DNA of 64,000 nucleotides from a virus (taxonomy: Duplodnaviria > Caudoviricetes): positions 128,001 through 192,000 of IMG/VR virus record IMGVR_UViG_3300026085_000093. The stretch is one strand, 5' to 3'. Below are positions 49,961 to 60,822 of the stretch, piece after piece. How positions within the stretch are numbered: the first letter of the stretch is position 1; the number at the start of each line of letters is the position of its first letter. The notes beneath the pieces are model-generated. The model saw only the letters and a list, made by a program, of their open reading frames with translations. It ran no database searches and was not told where the DNA came from. The position numbers and the translations under genes were made by a program.

Positions 49961-50035
49961 CATTTAGCAATTTCTATTGCTTTAACGTGGGCGTCTACAT
50001 AGACTTGACCCGTACCTTGATAGGAGATAAGCCTT

Positions 50036-53000
50036 ATGGCAACCAGAATTAGACACAAGCGAAGTGCGGTCGCTGACAAGAAACCTATAGTTTCACAATT
50101 AGACAGCGGCGAATTAGCAATTAACACAGCAGACGGTAAAGTTTTCCTACTTAGAGATGACAATACTGTTCAAGATATTACAAGAAGAATTTTTTCTAAA
50201 GATACTGAATTAGCAGTTAACGAACCTGATGATAGTACATCTGGCACCATTGATATGACAATTGACGGTGAAAAGAAATTTATCGGTTCTATTAGCGACT
50301 TAGAATTTCTTGATGATGTTACTATTGACAATGCTAAGTCACTGAAGATGAGAGAAGCAACTGCTTCAGGTCTTGACAGTATTAATATTAAAGCGCCTAC
50401 TACTATTCCAAGTTCATATGATATTGTTTTACCAACAGAAAATGGAATCGATGGACAGGTTTTACGTCTAACAAGTGATGGTTCTTTAGCATTTGAAAAC
50501 CCAGATGTTTACGGTGGTAACGTTGTGTATGTGTCTGCAGAACGTGGTAATGATGCTAATGATGGTTTGAACAAACCTGTAAGAACAATCAAACGTGCGT
50601 GTCAAATTGCTTCTGGTTTAGTTTATAATGTAGACGGTACAACAAACGGTATACGTGTAAACGTCAAAATTGCTGTAGGTGATTACGAGGAACAAAACCC
50701 GGTTATTGTTCCAGACAACACAGTTATCAAAGGTGACGGTTTGCGTGGTTGTATTATCCGTCCTGCAAACGCAAACCAAGATATTCTACGTGTTAGAAAC
50801 GCTTGTTATTTTGGTGAATTTACATTTAGAGATAAGGTTGATGCTAACTTTGTTCCTTTATGGACTGGTGATTATTGTGTTGCATTTGACGATCCGAATG
50901 ATGCAACTGTAGATAGAACAGGTTACACTAACCTACCTGATACTGCTCCATTCATTACTGTTTCGCCATATGTACAAAACTGTTCAATTCTTTCTTTCCT
51001 TGGTCTAAACGGTGCAAAAATTGACGGTGCTAAGATTGTTTCTCCAAACATTGGTCTAATTCCATTAGAACAAGAAAATCCAGTGCTCGGTGCTACTCCT
51101 GAACAAGGTAAGTCTATGGTTGCTAACGCATTTACTATGCTTAGTTTCGGTGGTACAGGTTGGCGTCTACTAAACGATGCTTATGCACAGATCGTTTCTT
51201 GTTTCCAAATTTTCCTACTAAACGGTGTTTATACACAGTCAGGCGGTTATTGTTCAATTACTAACTCTGCTACAAACTTTGGTTTGTATTCACTACGTTC
51301 ATCAGGTTATTCACCTAAAGCATTCGTTTTTGACCGTGCTTTTGTTACAGCAACAGGTCAAAGTGAAGGCTTACAAACAGTTAGTATTGTTGGTTTAAAT
51401 CGTACTGCACCAGTTGAAGAATTCGTTTTACGCTTTAGAGATCCTGAATATAAAATTGCTTACGATCTTATTCAAGGCGAAACACAAAATATTATTGACG
51501 ATACTATAACTTATATCACAAACAGTGTTGCAGCCGCAACGCCTGGCGATATATGGTATTTGTTTAATTACGACGAAGCAAAGTGTCGTAGAGATTTAAG
51601 TATTATTTTAGATGCTGTTAGTAGAGATACATGGGCAACTGCTAATGCTTTGACTAGACAGGCAGCACTTGCATACTATTCTCAACGTATTGCAGATAGT
51701 TCTAACATTACTATCAGTGGACAAGAAGAACAAACAATTGATGCAATTGAAGAAGCAAGTAGACTAACAGGTATTGTACTTACAGATCTTGATAGTGAAC
51801 CTAGAGCATACGTAGATGAACTATTTGATTTGGTTAAAAATGCAATTGCAGATCCGGACAGTATTCCGGCATCGTTTGACGTAAGTTCAGAAGGTGAAAT
51901 TACAAACCAATTTAAAGATCCGCCCGATGAAGTTTTATTTAATGGTGGATCAGGTGTTTCTGAAATTACAAATATTTTTACAAAAACAGCACACGGACTT
52001 GTAAATGGTGAACAAGTTGTATATAGTGCTAACGGAAATGTTCCAATTCAGGGACTTGACGAAGAGCAAACCTATTATGTGAAACTAATTAATGTAAATG
52101 AATTTAGTTTGACATTTGATGACAGTTTAGAGTTTGATGTTAATATTATTGCAACATCTAGCGGTACTCACAAATTCCTTACAAACATCAAAGAATTCTT
52201 TGTAAAAGAAATTATTTCAAGTCACACAACATATCAAAAGCTTATTTTACCTTCAGGTAGTGAAGGTTACGCATTTGTTCCAGGTAGACAAATTACTGCT
52301 ACAACAGGTGCAGCAAATAACCGTGCTATTGTTTATAGTTGGACACCTAACCTTAGAGAACTTGTAGTTTCAATCGAAGAAGTTGCAGTAGGTGAATCTA
52401 CACAGAGAGTACAATTTAGTAATTTAAGTATTATTGATGACGATCACACACCTAGTCCTAACACAAATATCGGTGTAAGTGAAGTACAACCATTTGTCGG
52501 TTATTCAACCGCAACATTTACAATTGAACCTACAGTTGCAGGCGAACTACTAACAAATCTTGTCGCGCTTCCTGAGAAAGCAATTTGGTTACATAGACCT
52601 TCAATTGTTAACAGTTCATCACACACTTGGGAATTTGCAGGGTCGGGTACAGACTATAACGCCTTACCACAAAACGGCGGTAATACAAGAACAGAATACG
52701 AACAGTTTGAAGAATTACCAGGACGTTGTTACTCATCAGGTACAAACGAACTTGGTGACTTTAAAGTTGGTGACTTTATTACAGCGTTTAACAGAACTGG
52801 TAACATTACGTTTAGAAACAAAGTTCAGGTGGACGAACTTGATGCTTTGAGACTAAGTCTTTCTAATGTTGCCATTGAAGAAATTTCAACAAGTGTTAAC
52901 TTAGGTGACGATGAAATTGGCGGTCCGAGTGATTCAAGACTATCTACACAGTTAGCAACAAGAAGTTTCTTATCAAACAGATTAGGAGGATTTATTGATA

Positions 53001-56000
53001 AATCTGTTTCAACTGCGGCAGTTCCTGGTGCTATTGTTCAGTTGAATACTAATGGTCAGTTGAATCCAGATTTGATTCCTGCTACACGACAGTTTACAAG
53101 TACAAACACAGATGGATATGAATCAAGACTTACACAAGTTGACGAAATTCCAGCAATCGATCTAAAAGCAGGTGATATCGGTACAGAAGAATATGATCAA
53201 ATCGAATTAACATTTTCATCACCAATTTCAGCAAATGACGGTGATTTAATTACACAACCTGTAACAGGCGCTAGGGGTTTAGCAAAAGGTAATTATGCTT
53301 CATCAACTAACTTATTAGTTGCTAGTGAAGATAACCAATTCAAGCCAGGTGAGGACTCAACAGGCACCGACTTTGATACTACAAACAATATCTTCATTGC
53401 GGGGGTTGACACTGGACAAGCACCATTAACACTTGGTTCGGTATCAGAAATTACTGATAACTTCTTCTTAAAAAGTTCTAACTCTAGTCAGTATCTTGTA
53501 TTAGATTCAAGTGGTGCGCCTTTCAACTTTACAGTTGAAACAATTACTAATGTTGAAAGAACAGGCAATGTTGCTACAATTACAACAAGCGGCAACCATA
53601 ACCTTGCAATTGGTAACAATGTTGAAGTTGAGTGTAATGATACACTTTACAACGAAAACGGCCTAGTTACAGGTGTACCTAGTACAACAACATTTACAAT
53701 AGAAAACACAGGATCTAATGAAGGCAGCAAAGCAGCAACAGGTACAGTAAGGACCATTGTTACTTCTGCAGACGGCAACGCACAAGGTGCAGTTACAGAA
53801 ACACGTTTTGGTGTATGTACGAACGTGGATAACGCTAATATCACTGGCGGTAGTGGTTATACACCTACACTAGGTACTCTTGTTTACGAAATGGTAGACT
53901 TACAAGCAAAAACTGGAGTAGGTACAGGTGCAAAAGCAGATATTACTGTTACAGCAGGACAAATCAGTGATGTGGATCTACGTAGAGGCGGTACAGGCTA
54001 TGCAGCAGGTGATTTACTAGAAGTAAATGCAAGTGATGTAGGCGGTACAGGTAGTGGTTTTGAAATTGAAATTGCTGCTATCGAAGATAGAGCATATGTA
54101 AACATTTTAGGTGGCGAACTTTACGTGGCAAGTGCATCATCGATTGACTTTATTGAAGACAATGATGCAGTAAGTTCTAAAATTACTACTACACTAGATG
54201 ACAGCATTGTGAATCAGTTTTTAGCAGGTACTATAGCAGGCGGCGGCGATGTTGACTATACAACCTATAGAATTACAATGACCGCCCATGGATACTCAGA
54301 CGGTGATCCTATTAGATATAATACATTAGGTAATGTTGCAATCGGCGGATTACTAAATGGTAGTGTGTATTATGCAAAGCGTATTGACGCAAATACTATC
54401 GAAGTATACGAAGATTTTAGTTTGTTAAATCAAATTGAATTCTTAACAACTCCTGCTAACAACGCCCATCAATGGACAAGATTTAACGTTAACATTTATG
54501 ATAACAGTATTATTGTTCTAAACCACGGCTTAACAACTGGTGACGCTATTAGAATAGAAGAAGAAGATGATGGAAGTTCAGGAACTGGACTATTTTCTAT
54601 AAACGGTACTCAAGTTATAACAGGTTCAAGATTCTTTATTGGTTCTGTTACAACTAACAGTTTCACCCTACATACACTACGTTCAGATGCTTTAAGCAGT
54701 ATTAACGGACTTGTAACAAATGCTTCGGATATTACTGCAACCGGTACAGGTGATGCAGATGTTATTCCAAATAATGTGCAAGTTAACACAGTAGTCAATA
54801 CATCGAGTAGATTGAAAGCAAACTGGAATACACTTGCTGTTACAAACATTGATGCAAGTAACATTATTTCAGGTACTGTATCGCCGAGCAGATTAGGTTC
54901 AAGTGGTATTGCAAGTAGTGATACATTCTTAAGAGGTGATAGTGCTTATGCTGTTGCAGTTCAAACACTTACAAAAGCCAGCACAACTGACAATCCAATT
55001 ACACTTACTGGTCCAAACACCAGTGGCGACTATTATGGTGCAGTCGATATCGGTATTGCTAATGTTGATTATGACCCAGGCGGTACATATTCTACACTAG
55101 GTACAAGTAGATTCTTCCAACAACAATTTGATGTTGACGCTGCTGGCACAGGTCAAGTGTTTATCAAAGATGGTGTAGTTGATGCAGGCACATTAGACGG
55201 TTTAGATAGCAGTTATTTCCTTAACCCTGCTAACCTAACAAGCAATGTGCCTGTTAACAGAGGCGGTACTAACCTAAGTACATATGCTGACGGTGACTTG
55301 ATTTATGCACAAACATCAGGTACACTAAATGCCCTTAATATTGGTAGACAAGGAAATATACTTGTAGTAAACAGTGGTTATCCTGTATGGGGTGATGCCG
55401 TTGATGTCTTAAATAATTTAGATATAGGTGCAGCAGATACAAGTTCTAAGAGTACTGCTACTGGTAAAGTTTACAATGAAAATCTTACAACTGTTGAAAT
55501 AAGCGGTGAAGCAGATGTTACTAGAATTGGTGCAAGTACATCAACTAGAGCAATTACTTCATTTATTGACGGATATGATGCTGCAACAAGTCAAGTTGTT
55601 GCTATCAATTTAAATAGTTTTACAAGAAACACAAATGAAAACGTAAACAACACAGACGACTTTATTCCGCTTTCTAGCACAGCAACAATTGAAGTTGGCA
55701 TGGTTGTTACAGGAAGTGCAAGTTTACAAGCAAACACAGTAGTAACAGGTGTTTCAGATGATGTAGTATATATTGACAAACCTACAACAGGCACTATTCC
55801 AACAACATCTACTTTAACTTTTACTTACACACCAGAAGTACTAGGTATTAGAGCAGGCGATTTTGTTACTATTGCAAGTAGCGGTGTTGCTTCATTAGAT
55901 GGTACATGGCCAGTATTAGGTGCAACAGTCAATGCAACTTCGTTTACTATACAAACAGAATTAAATGTTACAGTAAGTAGTTCAGGCGGCGTTGCAGGTA

Positions 56001-59000
56001 GTGCAGTAATTAATAATAAACTAATTGTTAAACATCGAAAAGTAATTTTTGGCGATGCAGAAGCAAGTGCAACACCAGCAGATGTAGAAATACATGGCGC
56101 AGCAGGTATCGGTACAGACATCGGCGGCGGCGAAATTAAAATTGTAGGCGGTCTTGGAACTGGTGCAGGTACAGGTGGAGACTTTGTTGTAGAAACTGGC
56201 ACAGTTACAACAACAAGCGATTTCCTACAAAGTCCATCAGAAAGATTGCGTATCGATACAAGCGGTGTTTTAACTTATACAGGTTATGCAAAATTTACAA
56301 CTACTGCTGGTATAAAAATTCCAGTAGGTACAAGCGCACAACGTCCAGGCGCACCTGGTGTAGGTACAGCAGCAGCGCAAGGCCAAATTCGTTATAATAC
56401 TAGCGACAGTACATTTGAAGGTTACGATGGAAGTAACTGGGGTTCATTGGGCGGTGTTAAAGACGTTGACCAAGATACCAAAATTGAAGCTGAATCTAGT
56501 GCTGGAGTAGATAATGATCAGTTAGATTTCTATACAGCAGGCACACAGCGTATGCAAATCGGTGCAACTGGTGACCTAGCATTTGGTGATTCGTTGAATA
56601 AGTTTACTGTTGCTTATGCAACTGGTACTGCAACATTTGCAGGAGACTTAACAGTTTCAGGTAACCTAACAGTAGATGGTACAACTGTTACACTAAACAC
56701 AACAACACTAGACGTTGAAGATATCAACATCACAGTAGCAAAAGGCGCAGCGAATGCTGCCGCAGCAGACGGCGCTGGTCTTACAGTAGACGGTGCAAAT
56801 GCAACATGGACTTATGATGCATCAAACACTAGTTGGGATTCAAGTGAAGATATTAATCTTGTAAGCAGTAAAGCATATTTTATCAATGACGTAAGTGTTC
56901 TAAACTCTACAACACTTGGTGCAAATATTGTAAACTCTAGTTTAACTGTTGTAGGAACACTTAATACTGGTTCAATAAGTTCAGGCTTTGGTAATATTAA
57001 TATTGGATCATCAAATCTAACAGCAACAGGCACAATAAGCCTAGGTGCAACTAGTTTCAACGATAATAATATTACAAACGTTGGTACAATTAGTTTAGAT
57101 ACAATCCAAAAAGATGCAGGCACAGGAATCAACTTTGCATCAGGAACAATTGTAACAGTAAGCGACACAACTGAATCTACAATAGCAACAGATGGTGCAT
57201 TAATTGTTTCAGGCGGTGTTGGTATTGCTAAAAAACTAAGAGTTGGCGGTGTTATATACGGCGATGGTAGCGGACTAACAAATCTAAATGCGTCACAGTT
57301 ACTAAGTGGTACTATTCCGGATGCAGTGCTTCCTACTTCACAAACAGGAAAAACATTTACAAGTGATATCACAGTAAATGGACACTTGATCGGTGAAGGC
57401 GGTGGAAGCAGTGCTACTAACTTCTTTGCAGGAGGAGGTGCTGCTGTAACAACTGGTATAGACTCAGTCGGTGTAGGAGACGGTGTATTTGGTGCTGTAT
57501 TAACAGGCAATCAAAACACCGGTGTTGGTAAAGATGCTCTTGCATTAGTTACTGCATCAGCAAACAACACAGCAATGGGTGCATACACACTTTCACAGAT
57601 TGATGCAGCAACAGGCGGCAACACAGCAATCGGTGCTGAAAGTATGCAGAACTCAATTACTGCTAATGCAAACGTTGCTATTGGTTATAAAGCACTAGAA
57701 ATTGCAAATGCAAGTAACAACGTAATTATTGGATACGGCGCAGGTGCGACAATTACAACAGGTAGTAACAACATTGTTATTGGTAAAGATGCTGCACCAA
57801 CAGCAAATACCACAGACAATGAAATTACATTAGGTACTTCTTCGCATACAAATCTAAGAATACCAGGTGTAGGACTAACTGTTAACACTACAACATTGTC
57901 ATTTAGTGGTACTACTGGTTTTGCAGGTGTCGGTACTTCACTTACTGCACTTAATGCAAGCCAACTTACAAGTGGAACTGTACCAGATGGTAGAATTTCA
58001 AGTTCAAGTGTAACACAGCACGAAACTGACATTGATGCTGTAGGTACACTAAACGCAGGTGCAATTAGTTCTGGCTTTGGTAACATTGATATTGGTACAA
58101 GCACATTTACTGGTAACGGTAGTGGTCTAACATCACTAAACGCAAGTAACTTATCAAGTGGTACTGTTGCAGGTACAAGACTAGGCGGCAACCAGTCAAT
58201 GAGTGGTATTAAGACGTTCTCAAACACTACTGAAGCAAGCAGCACAACAACAGGTGCTGTTAAAGTAAGTGGTGGTGTTGGTATTGCTAAAAACCTACAT
58301 GTTGGCGGAACAATTACAGGTAATGGTAGTGGTCTAACATCACTAAACGCAAGTAACTTATCAAGTGGTACAGTACCTAACGCAAGAATTAGCGGTAGTT
58401 ACACAGGTATTACTGGTACTGGCGCACTAGATGCAGGTCAAATTACCAGCAACTTTGGTAACATTAACATTGGTACAAGTACATTTACTGGTAACGGTAG
58501 TGGGCTTACAAATGTTAGTGCAGATACGCTAGATGGTATTGATAGCACACAGTTCTTACGTTCGGATGCTAACGATACAGCAAGTGGCGTTATTAGTTTA
58601 GTAGGTGCAGGCGCACAAAGACTTGTTATTAGAAACACAACAAACGCAGGCGGTGCTAGAATTGACTTTACTGACCATGCATCTAATACGCAATATGGTA
58701 GACTAAACTTTGAGCATTCAGACAGTGCGTCACCTGGCAGTGCATATGGTGCAGTATTCAAATTCCAAACAACAGAAACAAACTTAGCAGTTACTATTGA
58801 TGGACCGGGTGACTTCTATGTCAACGGAAACAAAGTATGGCATGCTGGTAACGATGGTGCAGGTTCAGGACTAGATGCTGACACAGTTGACGGACAAGAC
58901 ATTGGCGATTTTGTTAACGGCGCAGGAGTAGACAACGGACTTACTACAATTAGAGTAAACGATGCAGACTTTATTGTTCAAGATACTACAGACACCACAA

Positions 59001-60157
59001 CAAACTATATATGGAGAGATCATAGTGAAAACGCCTTGTATTTAGGTACAGCAAATGCTGTTGTTACACTGCGATCAACATTAGACTTAAACTCAAATAA
59101 TCTCACTAACGGTGGTACTATTAGTGGTACGTTTAGTGGTAATGGCGCAAGTATTACAGATATCAATGCTGGTAACATTACATCTGGTACATTCCCAGAT
59201 CTATTTAGTTCTAGTACACGCTACAACATTGGTCTTATTGATGGCTACGGAGCAAACAGTTACGATAAGATCAGAGTTTGGAATTCGAGTTCATATACAA
59301 TTGGTATGACAAGTGCTCAAAGTTATGGTTGGCTAAATGACTATGCAATGACATTTACTATGAACGATGATACTGATAGAGGCTTCTTATGGAGAGATAC
59401 CAGTGATGTAGCATCAGATGGTGCTATGTCACTTACTACAAACGGTAACTTGATGGTTAAGAATGCTATTGGTTTAGCAGGTAATACTGGTGCTTATATC
59501 CAAGCAGCAAACACTCAAAACTACGGTACTATAAGAGTAGAAGGTTCCAACGGCACCAGCGGATCATACGCAGGTTATTCAGTTAGAGATGACTGGGTTA
59601 TGATGTCAAGCAGCGCAAGTAACTGTGGACTTTATAATGATACTGACAACGAATGGGCATGGTATGCACAACAAAACTCTTACACATACATCTACTATAA
59701 TGGTTCATGGAGAGCAAGAGCACAAAACGAAGGTTGGTATGTAAACGGTCAATTGCTTGCAACAAGCGAAGTTACAGCATACTACTCAGACGAACGTTTG
59801 AAAACATTCACAGGTAAACTAGAAGGTGCCCTTGATAAAGTAAAAGCACTCAATGGTTATCTATATGTTGAAAACGAAACTGCTAAGAAGTACGGATACA
59901 ACAATGACAATTCACAAGTAGGTGTTAGTGCCCAAGAAGTACAAAAGGTACTACCAGAAGCAGTTGTTGCTGCACCGTTCGACTTAGACGAAGATGGTAA
60001 CAGTAAGTCAGGTGAAAACTATCTAACAGTTAAGTATGAGCGTATGGTTCCGTTGTTAATTGAAGCAGTAAAAGAAGCAGATGACAAAATTGAAGCACAG
60101 GCTGCTGAGATTGCTGAACTAAAAGCAATGGTGCAAAAATTAATTGAAAAAAATTAA
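50036..60157 (+). CDS. Giant tail fibre (3373 aa) with C-terminal peptidase S74-type intramolecular chaperone
   Basis: N-terminal IRHKRSAVADKKP...GELAINTADGKVF anchor motif; beta-helix; Gly/Thr/Ser-rich shaft repeats; C-terminal YSDERLK...ALDKVKALNG...GVSAQEVQKVLPEAV...YERMVPLLIEAVKE plus coiled coil. Confidence 0.9.
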   Translation: MATRIRHKRSAVADKKPIVSQLDSGELAINTADGKVFLLRDDNTVQDITRRIFSKDTELAVNEPDDSTSGTIDMTIDGEKKFIGSISDLEFLDDVTIDNAKSLKMREATASGLDSINIKAPTTIPSSYDIVLPTENGIDGQVLRLTSDGSLAFENPDVYGGNVVYVSAERGNDANDGLNKPVRTIKRACQIASGLVYNVDGTTNGIRVNVKIAVGDYEEQNPVIVPDNTVIKGDGLRGCIIRPANANQDILRVRNACYFGEFTFRDKVDANFVPLWTGDYCVAFDDPNDATVDRTGYTNLPDTAPFITVSPYVQNCSILSFLGLNGAKIDGAKIVSPNIGLIPLEQENPVLGATPEQGKSMVANAFTMLSFGGTGWRLLNDAYAQIVSCFQIFLLNGVYTQSGGYCSITNSATNFGLYSLRSSGYSPKAFVFDRAFVTATGQSEGLQTVSIVGLNRTAPVEEFVLRFRDPEYKIAYDLIQGETQNIIDDTITYITNSVAAATPGDIWYLFNYDEAKCRRDLSIILDAVSRDTWATANALTRQAALAYYSQRIADSSNITISGQEEQTIDAIEEASRLTGIVLTDLDSEPRAYVDELFDLVKNAIADPDSIPASFDVSSEGEITNQFKDPPDEVLFNGGSGVSEITNIFTKTAHGLVNGEQVVYSANGNVPIQGLDEEQTYYVKLINVNEFSLTFDDSLEFDVNIIATSSGTHKFLTNIKEFFVKEIISSHTTYQKLILPSGSEGYAFVPGRQITATTGAANNRAIVYSWTPNLRELVVSIEEVAVGESTQRVQFSNLSIIDDDHTPSPNTNIGVSEVQPFVGYSTATFTIEPTVAGELLTNLVALPEKAIWLHRPSIVNSSSHTWEFAGSGTDYNALPQNGGNTRTEYEQFEELPGRCYSSGTNELGDFKVGDFITAFNRTGNITFRNKVQVDELDALRLSLSNVAIEEISTSVNLGDDEIGGPSDSRLSTQLATRSFLSNRLGGFIDKSVSTAAVPGAIVQLNTNGQLNPDLIPATRQFTSTNTDGYESRLTQVDEIPAIDLKAGDIGTEEYDQIELTFSSPISANDGDLITQPVTGARGLAKGNYASSTNLLVASEDNQFKPGEDSTGTDFDTTNNIFIAGVDTGQAPLTLGSVSEITDNFFLKSSNSSQYLVLDSSGAPFNFTVETITNVERTGNVATITTSGNHNLAIGNNVEVECNDTLYNENGLVTGVPSTTTFTIENTGSNEGSKAATGTVRTIVTSADGNAQGAVTETRFGVCTNVDNANITGGSGYTPTLGTLVYEMVDLQAKTGVGTGAKADITVTAGQISDVDLRRGGTGYAAGDLLEVNASDVGGTGSGFEIEIAAIEDRAYVNILGGELYVASASSIDFIEDNDAVSSKITTTLDDSIVNQFLAGTIAGGGDVDYTTYRITMTAHGYSDGDPIRYNTLGNVAIGGLLNGSVYYAKRIDANTIEVYEDFSLLNQIEFLTTPANNAHQWTRFNVNIYDNSIIVLNHGLTTGDAIRIEEEDDGSSGTGLFSINGTQVITGSRFFIGSVTTNSFTLHTLRSDALSSINGLVTNASDITATGTGDADVIPNNVQVNTVVNTSSRLKANWNTLAVTNIDASNIISGTVSPSRLGSSGIASSDTFLRGDSAYAVAVQTLTKASTTDNPITLTGPNTSGDYYGAVDIGIANVDYDPGGTYSTLGTSRFFQQQFDVDAAGTGQVFIKDGVVDAGTLDGLDSSYFLNPANLTSNVPVNRGGTNLSTYADGDLIYAQTSGTLNALNIGRQGNILVVNSGYPVWGDAVDVLNNLDIGAADTSSKSTATGKVYNENLTTVEISGEADVTRIGASTSTRAITSFIDGYDAATSQVVAINLNSFTRNTNENVNNTDDFIPLSSTATIEVGMVVTGSASLQANTVVTGVSDDVVYIDKPTTGTIPTTSTLTFTYTPEVLGIRAGDFVTIASSGVASLDGTWPVLGATVNATSFTIQTELNVTVSSSGGVAGSAVINNKLIVKHRKVIFGDAEASATPADVEIHGAAGIGTDIGGGEIKIVGGLGTGAGTGGDFVVETGTVTTTSDFLQSPSERLRIDTSGVLTYTGYAKFTTTAGIKIPVGTSAQRPGAPGVGTAAAQGQIRYNTSDSTFEGYDGSNWGSLGGVKDVDQDTKIEAESSAGVDNDQLDFYTAGTQRMQIGATGDLAFGDSLNKFTVAYATGTATFAGDLTVSGNLTVDGTTVTLNTTTLDVEDINITVAKGAANAAAADGAGLTVDGANATWTYDASNTSWDSSEDINLVSSKAYFINDVSVLNSTTLGANIVNSSLTVVGTLNTGSISSGFGNINIGSSNLTATGTISLGATSFNDNNITNVGTISLDTIQKDAGTGINFASGTIVTVSDTTESTIATDGALIVSGGVGIAKKLRVGGVIYGDGSGLTNLNASQLLSGTIPDAVLPTSQTGKTFTSDITVNGHLIGEGGGSSATNFFAGGGAAVTTGIDSVGVGDGVFGAVLTGNQNTGVGKDALALVTASANNTAMGAYTLSQIDAATGGNTAIGAESMQNSITANANVAIGYKALEIANASNNVIIGYGAGATITTGSNNIVIGKDAAPTANTTDNEITLGTSSHTNLRIPGVGLTVNTTTLSFSGTTGFAGVGTSLTALNASQLTSGTVPDGRISSSSVTQHETDIDAVGTLNAGAISSGFGNIDIGTSTFTGNGSGLTSLNASNLSSGTVAGTRLGGNQSMSGIKTFSNTTEASSTTTGAVKVSGGVGIAKNLHVGGTITGNGSGLTSLNASNLSSGTVPNARISGSYTGITGTGALDAGQITSNFGNINIGTSTFTGNGSGLTNVSADTLDGIDSTQFLRSDANDTASGVISLVGAGAQRLVIRNTTNAGGARIDFTDHASNTQYGRLNFEHSDSASPGSAYGAVFKFQTTETNLAVTIDGPGDFYVNGNKVWHAGNDGAGSGLDADTVDGQDIGDFVNGAGVDNGLTTIRVNDADFIVQDTTDTTTNYIWRDHSENALYLGTANAVVTLRSTLDLNSNNLTNGGTISGTFSGNGASITDINAGNITSGTFPDLFSSSTRYNIGLIDGYGANSYDKIRVWNSSSYTIGMTSAQSYGWLNDYAMTFTMNDDTDRGFLWRDTSDVASDGAMSLTTNGNLMVKNAIGLAGNTGAYIQAANTQNYGTIRVEGSNGTSGSYAGYSVRDDWVMMSSSASNCGLYNDTDNEWAWYAQQNSYTYIYYNGSWRARAQNEGWYVNGQLLATSEVTAYYSDERLKTFTGKLEGALDKVKALNGYLYVENETAKKYGYNNDNSQVGVSAQEVQKVLPEAVVAAPFDLDEDGNSKSGENYLTVKYERMVPLLIEAVKEADDKIEAQAAEIAELKAMVQKLIEKN
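58118..58371 (+). repeat. Exact 47-bp direct repeat within the fibre shaft
   Basis: ggtagtggtctaacatcactaaacgcaagtaacttatcaagtggtac at 58118-58164 and 58325-58371. Confidence 0.9.
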
Positions 60158-60166
60158 AAAAAGTTC

Positions 60167-60195
60167 TTGACAAAGATTCTATTTGCAGTTAGTAT
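60167..60195 (+). promoter_or_regulatory. sigma70-type promoter
   Basis: TTGACA (60167-60172), 17 nt, TAGTAT (60190-60195), with an A-tract upstream. Confidence 0.7.
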
Positions 60196-60224
60196 GTATA
60201 TATTAACTGTAGATAGGATCACTT

Positions 60225-60398
60225 ATGGCATTACCTCCAACAGGATCACAAATTACTATGAGCGAAATTAGAAACTATTTTGGCTCTTCAACAACCCCAA
60301 TTACAATGAGTTTTTTGGGTAGCTACTTGGGTATCTCAAGTGGTACAACAATTCCTATGAGTTCAACATTTGGCGGTTTAGGAACTCCAGGAGTATAA
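60225..60398 (+). CDS. 57-aa fibre-associated small protein, missed by the ORF track
   Basis: Manual translation MALPPTGSQITMSEIRNYFGSSTTPITMSFLGSYLGISSGTTIPMSSTFGGLGTPGV*; AGGA SD; resembles the MALxxSGxIxMSxI small proteins that follow S74-type fibres. Confidence 0.75.
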   Translation: MALPPTGSQITMSEIRNYFGSSTTPITMSFLGSYLGISSGTTIPMSSTFGGLGTPGV

Positions 60399-60422
60399 CT
60401 AGCAAAGTAAAGGAGCAGACGT

Positions 60423-60821
60423 ATGCTAACACGTTATCAAATTGAAAATATCGAACTTGCAAATGAATACAGCAAGGCACGCAAATTAACTAAACTTTCA
60501 TCACTTGAAGTAGATGAAAGTATTCTAACAGAAATCAAAGACGCTATTCTTGACGGTGAAAAAGAAACTGATGTAATGGCGCGAGCAGCAGATGACGATA
60601 GAGAACATTGGATTCGTGCTATCGGTAAAAAAGCCGCTGCTGATCTACTAACACTTGGTAAGGTTCAGCCTGAAACAATGCTTGAAATGGGCAACCTTCC
60701 ATCCGAAGATTTCCGCGAAGCAGTAAAAGTAGCAACTGGTACTGCAAGACAGTGGAATAATGATACTGTGGCTGCAGAGCAAGAACTAAACACAGACACA
60801 GTTGATGATTCTCTAGTTTAA
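60423..60821 (+). CDS. Hypothetical protein (132 aa)
   Basis: AAGGAG SD; tight operon spacing. Confidence 0.75.
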   Translation: MLTRYQIENIELANEYSKARKLTKLSSLEVDESILTEIKDAILDGEKETDVMARAADDDREHWIRAIGKKAAADLLTLGKVQPETMLEMGNLPSEDFREAVKVATGTARQWNNDTVAAEQELNTDTVDDSLV

Positions 60822-60822
60822 G

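Noticed and set aside
56812-58761. Several long antisense ORFs (232, 186, 107 aa) opposite the tail fibre
   Set aside because: Stop-poor reverse frames arise from the Gly/Thr/Ala codon bias of the fibre; no independent signals.
50036-60157. Diversity-generating retroelement targeting the fibre
   Set aside because: No reverse transcriptase in the window; the repeats found are internal, in-frame and not adenine-specific variants.
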